31,475 nt of DNA, taken from NCBI RefSeq assembly GCF_004010195.1, contig NC_057720.1:17410179-17441653 (forward strand), written 5' to 3'. Under the pieces are notes generated by a model. It saw only the letters and a list, made by a program, of their open reading frames with translations, ran no database searches and had not been told where the DNA came from. A program made the translations under genes and the position numbers. This document shows positions 21,701 to 31,475 of the stretch, piece after piece (positions within the stretch are counted from its first letter, which is position 1; each line of letters begins with the position of its first letter). This DNA comes from Chiloscyllium plagiosum (Eukaryota).

Positions 21701-22267
21701 CCTTGTTACAATACACCTTTTCATAGGCTCTGGATACCTCAAAGCAATCTACAGTCAATTACTTATTGAAGTGTAGTCTGTCTTGCAGTATAGAAACTTG
21801 CCAGCATTTTGCTATTTGAAACAATGATGGAGAATTTATTGGAGCAACTTGTAGTGAGCATTGAAGTTTTTCTTTCCGCATTGTTTGACAACATATTAAT
21901 TTTGTGCTGAAAATTTATCTAAGTGCATACTGCTGTCGATAGAAATGTTACATGAGCATCGCACAGGAATTAGATGTTTGTTTGTTGGAAAGATATAGGT
22001 GATGTTGGATAGGCCAGCATTTATCATCCATCCCTGATTTCCCAGGAGAATTTGGTGGTGAGCGCCTCCTTGATTTTCTGCAATCCATATAATGGAAATT
22101 TAGTGGGGCATCTAAGGCTTCAGTGAATAGTGGAACCAGTAGTCTACCTGCTTAGCATGCTTGTTCCCTTTCTACTGTACTATTTAAATGTATTTCCAAC
22201 ATGAAGTCAGTGGGCCTAATAGCCTCCTTCTGTGCTATAAATGACTGACCATTTCCTTGTTTTCCTA

Positions 22268-22940
22268 AAGGACTTGCAAATCTTAGCAGGATTTATACAC
22301 TTAATGGTAAGGTCCTAGGGAGTGTTGCTGAACAAAGAGACCTTGGAGTGCAGGTTCATAGCTCCTTGAAAGTGGAGTTGAAGGTAGATAGGATAGTGAA
22401 GAAGGCGTTTGATATGCTTTCCAGCAACACATTTTCAGCTCTGATCACCAGCATCTGCAGTCCTCACTTTCTCCTTTTACGAGGATGTTGCCAGGGTTGG
22501 AGGATCTGAGCTACAGGGGGAGGCTGAACAGGCTGGGGCTGTTTTCCCTGGAGCGTCGGAGGCTGAGGGGTGACCTTATAGAGGTTTATAAAATTATGAC
22601 TGGCATGGATAGGATAAATAGACCAAGTCTTTTCCCTGGGGTCGGGGAGTCCAGAACTAGAAGGCATAGGTTTAGGGTGAGAGGGGAAAGATATAAAAAG
22701 AGACCTAAGGGGCAACTTTTTCACGCAGAGGGTGGTACGTGTATGGAATGAGCTGCCAGAGGATGTGGTGGAGGCTGGTACAATTGCAACATTTAAGAGG
22801 CATTTGGATGGGTATATGAATAGGAAGGGTTTGGAGGGATATGGGCTGGGCGCTGGCAGGTGGGACTAGATGGTGTTGGGATATCTGGTCGGGATGGACT
22901 GAAGGGTCTGTTTCCATGCTGTACATCTCTATGACTCTAT
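22268..22940 (+). mobile_element. Young CR1/HER1 LINE 3' end with an internal PLE tail at 22419-22474
   Basis: MLPGLEDLSYRGRLNRLGLFSLERRRLRGDLIEVYKIM; ctctatgactctatg tail. Confidence 0.92.
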
Positions 22941-23565
22941 GGCTTGTTTCCTTTCATAACTCCCCCTATTGAGCTTGCATCCTGATTACAGTATTTGTGA
23001 TATTCTTTGTAAACTGTGCTCTTAACAAAGTATTAAAGTAAATGTGCAACCCTAACTTCCTTATTTTTCACAGTGCAAATCTAATTCCTGGCAATTATGG
23101 GAGGTTGATATCATGCTGTGTTTTTTTTAAAAACAAGATTCCTGCCATAGTAAACTGTAACAATTTGCAGCTTGTGGTGCATTGCAGTTCTTCCTTGACA
23201 TGCAATACTATGCTTTCCTTTATCACATTAATAGCTTGTGCCATGAACTTAACATTGGCCCAGAATTTTCTCAAAGCACTGTTTATGGTATTCACCTACA
23301 GTGTTTAAAATGTTATTTTTGAACCTATTAAGCTCCTGCTTTCCAACTTGAGAAGCTTCAGCCTCTTTAATATTCCTCCAAGTTCCTCCTCGTACTTAAT
23401 ATCCACTCTGTATACCTCTTGTATGCTTTTTTTGAGAATCCTGTTGTAAATTTTCATTTGAGTAATCAGTTGTGGCAATGTTCAAACGTTCAAAGAAACC
23501 TAGAAAGTCTACAAATTTTACAAGTTTGTTCTTGGAATTTGAACAGTGCTGGACACACACGTTAG

Positions 23566-23695
23566 GAACAAATTACTGCAGATGCTGAAATCTTTACTGA
23601 AAACTCTAAAAATGCTAGAGATCACAGCGGGTCAGGTGGCATCCGTGGAGAGACAGCGGGCTAATGCTTCAAATCTAGACTCTTCTTCAGAGCTA
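23566..23695 (-). mobile_element. Old PLE pLTR relic with decayed HHR
   Basis: actgcagatgctg...gggtcagg.gcatcc; reverse complement ctgaagaagagtctagatttgaagcatt. Confidence 0.65.
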
Positions 23696-24304
23696 AAATC
23701 AAGTTGTTACCTGTCCCTGTCAGTTGAACAAAATGGTTTCTAGACCACCTTGCCGTTGTTAGGTGTCAACCACATCATGTAAGCAAGAATGATATGTCTA
23801 GATTATATTTTGGAAAAAGCACAAGTTCCTTTCTCTAAAGTGGATTAATGAACTAATTAGATTATCTGACAATGCAATTGTTTTTCTTCTTTAAGCTTTT
23901 CTCAAGTACGATTCTCCAAATTATCACCACCACTCCACTGGGTAATTGCCTGGCAGAAGTTCATTTGACTTCTGATGTCTTCATATGTGGAATTTTATGT
24001 CGGTTATGGAGCCAGTGTTGAATGTTGCAGCCTATACTTTATCTATTGGCAACTCCTTAGGAATGGTAATGGAATAACTGCCCTGATTTTGGAACTTCAA
24101 GTTTAGCACGTAGGTGGGGTTGTATTTTATATTGTATTGCTTCTTGTACTTTGGAATTTCAGTGGCACCTTTTTGTCAAAGCTTTGCTTTCGTCTTTCCT
24201 TTTTCTTTTACACTTTTCAGGCTAGCTCACCACAACTATCAAGACTTGGCCTATGTTTAAAAGTGTTGTTTTGTCACTATCTGTGCAGCAAGGGTTCAGG
24301 AGTA

Positions 24305-24618
24305 GGCGGCATGGTGGCACAGTGGTTAGCTCTGCTGCCTTACAGTGCCAGAGACCCAGGTTCAATTCCCACCTCAGACAACTGTCTGAGTGGAGTTTGC
24401 ACATTGTCCCCATGTCTGCGTGGGCACCCTCCCGGTGCTCCAGTTTCCTCCCACAATCCAAAAATGTGCAGGTTAGGTGAATTGGCCATGCTAAATTGCC
24501 CGTAGTGTTAGGTGAAGGAGTAAATGTAGGGGAATGGGTCTGGGTGGATTGCTCTTCGGAGGGTCAGTGTGGACTTGTTGGGCTGAAGGGCCTGTTTCCA
24601 CACTGTAAGTAATCTAAT
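24305..24618 (+). mobile_element. HE1-type V-SINE
   Basis: Full length; gtaagtaatcta tail. Confidence 0.93.
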
Positions 24619-24627
24619 TTTTAAAAA

Positions 24628-24862
24628 AAGTAGCAGATACATGGGGAAAACCACTGCTACAAGTTCTCCTTACCATCCTGACTTGGAAATATGTAACCGT
24701 TTCTTCAGTATTAATGGATCAAAATCCTAAAACGACCCTCAAATGGCATAGTGGGTCTACCTGCAGCACGTGGGCTGTAAAGGTCAAAGAAGGCAGTTGA
24801 TCACTAGGGTAGGGCAGTAAATGCTGGTCCAGCCAGCGACACCCAAATCCACGAGTGAATAA
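24628..24862 (+). mobile_element. L2/Crack-like LINE 3' end
   Basis: ccatcctgacttggaaata...gggcagtaaatgctgg...agcgacaccca; same family as 6275. Confidence 0.65.
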
Positions 24863-24983
24863 CACCAAAGTCACGATGCATATTGCAACAGCCTGAAATG
24901 CAATAGCAGTGGTCATTAATTTCACCTTCTCCAATTCAGCAATTGCAAAGGCAGAACCATGTTCCAGCCCATCCATATATTTA

Positions 24984-25299
24984 GGGCAGCACGGTGGCAC
25001 AGTGGTTAGCACTGCTGCCTCACAGCACCAGAGACCTGGGTTCAATTCCCACCTCAGGCGACTGACTGTGTAGAGTTTGCACGTTCTCCCCGTGTCTGCG
25101 TGGGTTTCCTCCGGGTGCTCCAGTTTCCTCCCACAGTCCAAAGATGTGCAGGCCAGGTGAATTGGCCATGCTAAATTGTCCGTAGTGTTAGGTAAGGGGT
25201 AAATGTAGGGGTATGGGTGGTTTGCGCTTCGGCGGGTCGGTGTGGACTTGTTGGGCCGAAGGGCCTGTTTCCACAGTGTAAAGTAATCTAATCTAATCT
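24984..25299 (+). mobile_element. HE1-type V-SINE (young)
   Basis: Full length, CpGs retained, (aatct)n tail. Confidence 0.93.
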
Positions 25300-26053
25300 T
25301 AGCTGTGAATAGCTTTTCAGTCTAGAAGGTTTCCTTTTTTTTTTTCAAGCAGTTGTATCCTTTGGAAGTTCTTTCCACTTGTGATGTAAAAGCTGATTGC
25401 ATATCCAAGCTGAGCTGGATGTCAGTCAAATTTTTTTCCTACAGTTTTTGCTGGTAGCATTTTGCTTAATAAAAAATCTAAGTTGTGAAAAAGTCTTGCA
25501 TTAGCAGATTCTGTCATTTATTCCTGATGCAGAGCAGTCCATTCACACTACATTTGTTAACTTGTCTTAAATTATGGATGGATAGGTGAAACCTGAGTTT
25601 GAGAGCAGTTAATATTTAGGCAGGTTTTTATTCTTTTATGTGATATCAGGGTTTGTTGTTCATCTTTAATTGTTGTGGAAATCGTGGTGAGTGCCATCTT
25701 GAATTGGCACAGATACATCCACAGTACTGCCAGGATGAGAGTTCTTTTGAGGAAATGTCTCATCTTTAACCACAGTTGCAGATGGAAGTTTTTCCAACTT
25801 GAGTACAATGAGCTGTAATAAAAGCAAAATAGTGCCTTTACTAGTCTTGCATTGGAAAGCCACTTACTGATGCAAAGGAAGGGAACAAAAGTAACTAGCC
25901 ATTTAGAAAACTGTCTGCTCACTTGATATTGATTTCTTTAAACGTTTGAAACTGCTTTAGTCAATAATTCTAATTTCAATTTTAACTATTTAATTGAAAT
26001 ATCAAAAAAATGTTCGTCATGCCTGATTTAACATTTGATTTCTTGTTTTTAAG

Positions 26054-26148
26054 GACTTCCTGCAGTTGTGTCCCCATTGCATTCACCTCCTTTGTTGAAA
26101 TTTAAATGTCTGCCAGTGAATCTTTCTCATCCATCCACCTATGTCAAA
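26054..26148 (+). CDS. BRDT: BRDT exon
   Basis: tcttgtttttaag| phase 1; aaa|gtaaag phase 0. GLPAVVSPLHSPPLLKFKCLPVNLSHPSTYVK; the SPLxSPP motif is typical of long BET tails. Confidence 0.78.
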
Positions 26149-26250
26149 GTAAAGTAAAATCAGTTCATGTTGTATTTGGTTTTTTTCTTAAATGCATTTT
26201 AAATCAGCATAAATCTTAAAGAAAATAGTTTACCAAGTGTTCCTTTCCAG

Positions 26251-26353
26251 GAACCAAAGTCGCCAGAAGAGGAATCTAATAAATTAGCAATTAATCAAAC
26301 CAAGCCACCTCTTGAAATATCCAGTGACCAAATGCCAGTCATGCAACAACAAA
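26251..26353 (+). CDS. BRDT: BRDT exon
   Basis: tcctttccag| phase 0; a|gtaagt phase 1. EPKSPEEESNKLAINQTKPPLEISSDQMPVMQQQ. Confidence 0.8.
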
Positions 26354-26927
26354 GTAAGTTTGGTGTTTCGTATGTATAGTTGTTCATTGAATGTGCAAGT
26401 TCAAATATATAATCTGTTGTGTTCTAGAACTAAATATGGCAGATTAATCAGCAAACAATCTTAACAGTATAGGTGGCTGACCAATTTATCCTTCTCCCCA
26501 GCATAGATACGCTTGAATTCATATGGCAAAAATAAGTCAGGAATGGGAATTTAGAAGTAAATTTGAAATCTTAAAATTCCAAATTTACACTAGATATCAA
26601 TCTTCCTTTATAAAAGATAGTTGGCGTACGTGAAAACTATAATTGTATCACAGAATGGAATAGAATTAGCTTTTGTTTGGAATGGAATGTTTTTGCCTGG
26701 TGAAGTATGGCAATGCTAAAAGAATATTTAAATCAACTTTGATATTATTTCATATCCTTGAAAGCCTTGACCAATTGTAAGAAATTTTGTTTGGAACATT
26801 CCTGCTGGATCAGAAAGGAAAACGCCACCCAGTATTGCTGGAGAAACTCCTGGTCCAGCAGGATCTGTGGAGTAAAAGCCGAGTTAACATTTTGAATCAC
26901 AAAATTAACTCTGTTCGCCATAGATGC

Positions 26928-27712
26928 GAGGTAAAAACAATGACTGCAGATGCTGGAAACCAGACTCTGGATTAGTGGTGCTGGAAGAGCACAGCAGTTC
27001 AGGCAGCATCCGAGGAGCAGTAAAATCGATGTTTCGGGCAAAAGCCCTTCATCGGGAATAAGGGCAGAGAGCCTGAAGGGTGGAGAGATAAGCTGGTGGG
27101 GGTGGGAAGATAGTACTCCAGGCGTCTGGTGGTGAGGGAGCGGTGGTGGAGGAGGCCCAGCACCTCCATATCCTCGGCAGAGTGGGAGGGGGGAGTTGAA
27201 ATGTTGAGCCACTGGGCGGTTTGGTTGATTGGTGCGGGTGTCTCGGAGATGTTCCCTAAAGCGCTCTGCTAGGAGGCGCCTAGTCTCCCCAATGTAGAGG
27301 AGACCGCATGGGGAGCAACGGATACAATAAATGATATTGGAGGATGTGCAGGTAACACTTTGATGGATGTGGAAAGCTCCTTTGGGGCCTTGGATAGAGG
27401 TGAGGGAGGAGGTGTGGGCGCAGGTTTTACAGTTCCTGCGGTGGCAGGGGAAAGTGCCAGGATGGGAGGGTGGGTCGTAGGGGGGCGTGGACCTGACCAG
27501 GTAGTCACGGAGGGAACGGTCTTTGCAGAAGGTGGAAAGGGGTGGGGAGGGAAATATATCCCTGGTGGTGGGGTCTTTTTGGAGGTGGCGGAAATGTCGG
27601 CGGATGATTTGGTTTATGTGAAGGTTGGTAGGGTGGAAGGTGAGGACCAGGGGCGTTCTGTCCTTGTTACGGTTGGGTGGGTTATGCGAAGGTTGGTAGG
27701 GTGGAAGGTGAG
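26928..27712 (-). mobile_element. Neptune-type Penelope-like element 3' part with Cys/His linker, GIY-YIG endonuclease and pLTR
   Basis: Minus frame RDYLVRSTPP...GTFPCHRRNCKTCAH...TCTSSNIIYCIRCSPCGLLYIGETRRLLAERFREHLRD...VAQHFNSP; HHR variant ccgatga-a-gggc-tttt-gccc-gaaac-atc at about 27028-27055. Confidence 0.92.
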
Positions 27713-28283
27713 CATGCTACCATGCCTGAGTTTCTCCAGCAATTTCAATGTTTTAAACATGTATGCCTCCTCCTCACTCCCTTGAACTTAAATTTTTATG
27801 TGGCTCATCATGCTGTAAAAATCTTAAGTGAAAATTGTAGAGTGAGTTTTAAAGATTTGAATAGTATGTGAATTTCATATTTACTGTTAGATGTGTACAC
27901 TGGTCCTGAGAAGCTAAGTTAATGCTTAGGGAATATCTAATTTCTTCACTGTCACCTTTTTAAAAGTCCACCTTCATTTTATTTAAGCTTGTATGTTAAT
28001 TCAGCCATCATTTATGTTTTCTATATTCACGTTTAAGTTTAGGATGTTAAGTATTTTTAGATTGTGTAAATGCTTCAGTGTGACTGGCTGCCTGCTTCTT
28101 GTTAGCACTGCTGCTGCTTGTCAACTTGTCATCCAACTTGGTGACTCATTATTAGTACAGTCCAAAGGAGGAGTTCACACACTATAGATTACAAGGTCTT
28201 TATGAGCAGTGTTCTTTGGATTCATAAGTAAGTGCATCATTGCTGACTAAAATATTTATGCCCTTGTAATTTTGTTATTTTAG

Positions 28284-28408
28284 CATCGCTAAAATCAAAC
28301 ATTTTTAAAAATATTTCAGATGTGGAGGCTGCCGTTCCTGGTGAAATTAAAGAAACTGGTGACAATAAACTAGCTTTGGAGGCTAAAGCCTGCCATGTTA
28401 CAAAGAAG
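28284..28408 (+). CDS. BRDT: BRDT exon
   Basis: ttttgttattttag| phase 1; aag|gtggga phase 0. TSLKSNIFKNISDVEAAVPGEIKETGDNKLALEAKACHVTKK; ends in KK just before the D-I-x-V-K-N exon, as in BRD4/BRDT. Confidence 0.8.
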
Positions 28409-29933
28409 GTGGGATTTTTATTTTCATTTTGTACATGCATTTAAATTTACTGACTGATTTGAAACATTTTCATGTCCATTTTCATGTCCATGAACTATTG
28501 AATGAGAACTTGTCTTGAAACTTATTTTGGTCTTTAACCTTTGCTGTGATGTTAAACTAAAATGTTTCCCTAGAGAGAGTCTTGACTATGCCATCAAAGC
28601 AGCAATCTTTTGATGTAATGTACGTCTTGCACTACTTGTCGTCTTAAAATAAGCCCGTCTTTGCAAAGACAGTCGGATTGTTGCTTTAAGGTCTGTGAAC
28701 ATTGACTCCTTAAAAGCAAAGGTGGCCAATCTTTCCAAACTAAAATGATAGAAAATTTGTATCATTCAAGTTTTCCTTTGATTTTTGTATTAATCACCTT
28801 TTGAAGAATGGAAGAGCTGGATTTTCTACAGCCATTATCTTTGCAGAAGTTGTCATATGGTTGAGGACTGCTACTTTTGTGGAAACAAATCAAATTAGTC
28901 TAATTCTTAATTTTGTTTTGGGTGATCGCATTTAAAAAGAGGGTTAAGGCCATGGAGATGATGCCAATGATATTAATTATCCAGAGAAGCTATCAAAAAC
29001 TTGAACAGTTTCTTTGCTATAAGATTTTGCGAGTTGAGGTGATATGAACGATGTATTCAAGTTATGGGGTTTCTGTGAAGGTTAAATTGATTTAAGTTTG
29101 TGGACAATTGTAGGCCACATACTTTAGAATCAACAAATGAACTAGGTGCAGTTAAAAATTGTGTTCTTATGCAAAAGCACTTTACATAAAAATCTGGGAA
29201 CATTTCAATAATTACGTATTTCCACAGAATGCTGTGGGACTTGTGCTCTGTAAAGAGGTTGCTTACTGACATGACTTTTTAAAACAGGTTTCCATAAGCT
29301 TTGGGTTTTGTACTCTATCGCACAATAAACATTTTTTCTGTTTTCAAACCAGCTTCACTGGTGCACTTAATTTTTTAAAATCCTTTTGATTTGCCACCAG
29401 TTGAAAAATCATAATGCCCTGCAAAGCTAACATTCCAGTAGCATGTCCAGGTATGTGAGATATCAGTTTGCAGGATTACTTGAAGCCAATTTTAAGAATT
29501 CCAAAGCCGTGTGATGAAACAAACTGATTTGAATCATTTGATAGCAACCTTCAAGGTGCAGCACTTAACTCTCACATTAGGTTGCCAAGTCTACTTCCAG
29601 ATCTGCATTAATATCCTAGGCAACCACAAACATTTAAAGCCACCTGTTTTACTCCCATCTTTATTGGGAACAAGTGAGGTTTTCCATTCCAGGTCTAGTT
29701 TATTGTCACGACTTTCTTTATTTTCATCAGGATGGACATCTTCCATGTCTGAAATATTTTAAGAAGGCTTCGTAAATAAAAGCATCAATTATTAACTCTA
29801 ATAAGAACAGATGTGTAACTTGTTAGATCTCCAACTTCAGGCACCCGACAAAACTTTGAATATAATGAGATGTTTTATAATGTTCCCAGGCCAAACAGAA
29901 TGCAAGTAGTATTAAATTAAAAACTAAGGAATT

Positions 29934-30238
29934 TTAGATTTTTAGATTAGATTGCTTAGTGTAGAAACAGGCCCTTCAGCGCAACAAGTCCACACTGACC
30001 CACCGAAGCACAACCCACCCAGACCCATTTACTCCTTCAACTAACACTACAGGCAATTTAGCATGGCCAAGTCACCTAACCTGCACATTTTTGGACTGTG
30101 GGAGGAAACCGGAACACCCAGAGGAAACCCACACAGGCACGGGGAGAATGTGCAAACTCCACACAGACAGTCGCCTGAGGCAGGAATTGAACCCAGGTCT
30201 CTGGCAGCAGTGCTAACCATGGAGCCACCGTGCCGCCC
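29934..30238 (-). mobile_element. HE1-type V-SINE
   Basis: Reverse complement closely matches 24305-24618 and 24984-25299. Confidence 0.93.
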
Positions 30239-30522
30239 ATGAGCATTTTCTTGTTTGTGTCTTTTCTCTCTTCCATTGTCTACATGCTTGCTCTTATGTT
30301 GTCTTCCACATTACATCATTGCCCTGTGCTATTGTACACTAGAGTGTTGTTGTTGTTATGTGCAGACATTTTTATTGATTGCTATTTCTCCAATGTGACA
30401 ATTGAAATCCAATATTTACATGTTAATTAAGAAAATTAATTGAACTAAAAGACTTTGTCACTAGTTTTGAGGTTCCTTTCATCAACCCACAATGTCACAA
30501 GCTGCTTTTTCTTTGATACTAG

Positions 30523-30746
30523 GACATTGAGGTCAAGAATGCAAATTCGTGGGCAAATTTGGGCAAAATGACAATTACAACTCCGCCAACAATAAAATCG
30601 TCGAGTGAGAGTTTCAAATTGTTCAGAAAAGCAGCAATGGAGAAAGAACAACGTGAGAAAGCTTTGAAAGCTCAGCAAGAAATGAAAATATCCCATCTTG
30701 AACAAACTGACAATGAACAAAAGAAAATGGCTTCAGAGCAGCAACG
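30523..30746 (+). CDS. BRDT: BRDT exon, conserved pre-CTM region
   Basis: ctttgatactag| phase 0; cg|gtaata. [75 protein letters not shown]. This region exists in BRD4 and BRDT but not BRD2/3; KNA.SW..LGK, FRKAA.EKE and HLEQ favour BRDT. Confidence 0.92.
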
Positions 30747-30829
30747 GTAATAATTACACTGAGTGGGTTTGAACCTATAAGAATTATCTTTGCTAGCAAC
30801 AGCCACCTTCTGAATGTTCTTGCTTCTTG

Positions 30830-31310
30830 CGAATATGGGAGCAGGACTTCACCATTTCAGCCCATCCAACCTGCCCCTCCCATTCAACACTATTATGGCT
30901 GATCAACACTTCAATACCTTTTGCCCATGCCATCCCCATAATTCTCTCTGCCATTGGTAATCAGAAATCTATCAAACCCTAGCTGAAATATACTCAAAAA
31001 CTGAGGTTCACTATTCTCTGTTATAGAGAATCCTGAGTCTAAAAAAATTCTAAGGGCATTTAAATGGTCATTGGATAAACATTTGGATGATAATGGAATA
31101 GTGTATGTTAGATGCGCTTTAGATTGAGGGCCAAAGGGCCTGTACTGCACTGTGATGTTCTATGGACCTAAGCGCTACTCCCTCATTTTAAAATTGTGCC
31201 ATGAGTTCTAGATTGCCCAACCAGATGAATCATACCTGCATCAACCCTGCCTGTCCCTTTTTTATATATTTTGTAAATTTCCATGAGATCACCTCACATT
31301 CTTCAAAACT
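30830..31310 (-). mobile_element. Old CR1 tail (minus) containing a plus-strand CR1 tail at about 31050-31164
   Basis: accatttcagccc...tccccataa remnants; inner gagggccaaagggcctgtactgc...ttctatg. Confidence 0.65.
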
Positions 31311-31312
31311 TT

Positions 31313-31475
31313 CATAGACTCATAGAGATGTACAGCATGGAAACAGACCCTTGGGTCCAACCCGTCCATGCCGACAAGATATCCCAACCCAATCTAATCC
31401 CACCTGCCAGCACCTGGCCCATATCCCTCCAAACCCTTCCTATTCATATACCCATCCAAATGCCTCTTAAATGTT
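31313..31475 (-). mobile_element. Young CR1/HER1 3' UTR, runs off the window
   Basis: Reverse complement closely matches 22788-22941. Confidence 0.92.

Noticed and set aside
24984..25055. tRNA gene
   Set aside because: The A/B boxes belong to the tRNA-derived head of an HE1 SINE; the same applies to the other SINE copies.
27269..27785. Pro-rich (-) and Gly-rich (+) ORFs
   Set aside because: Off-frame and antisense readings of the Penelope GIY-YIG region.
1656..30746. Calling the gene BRD2 or BRD3
   Set aside because: Those paralogs lack the downstream KN..SW..L / FR.AA.EKE exon found at 30523.

Overview
Eukaryotic, AT-rich, repeat-dense genomic DNA from a cartilaginous fish. The HE1-type V-SINEs, CR1/HER1 LINE tails and Penelope pLTRs are typical of sharks; a carpet or bamboo shark is an inference. 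The whole window lies inside one plus-strand BET-family gene, best matching BRDT. Nine phase-compatible GT-AG exons (1656-30746) encode the ET domain, the Ser-rich SEED region and the start of the C-terminal region ([15 protein letters not shown]...FRKAAMEKE); the bromodomains and final exons lie outside the window. The introns hold SINEs, CR1 and L2 fragments, a Tigger-like MITE and about a dozen Penelope-like element (PLE) pieces, many with minimal hammerhead-ribozyme (HHR) motifs, 5'-inverted arms and 13-17 bp TSDs. One young insertion places an intact HHR core on the sense strand of the BRDT pre-mRNA. Other leads: two routes to C-terminally truncated BRDT isoforms (donor read-through GGT-TAG, and an in-frame alternative last exon at 10735) and a tentative nested antisense gene with a signal-peptide-like first coding exon. 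There is a 115-N assembly gap at 20316-20430. All calls were made by eye; no database searches were run.
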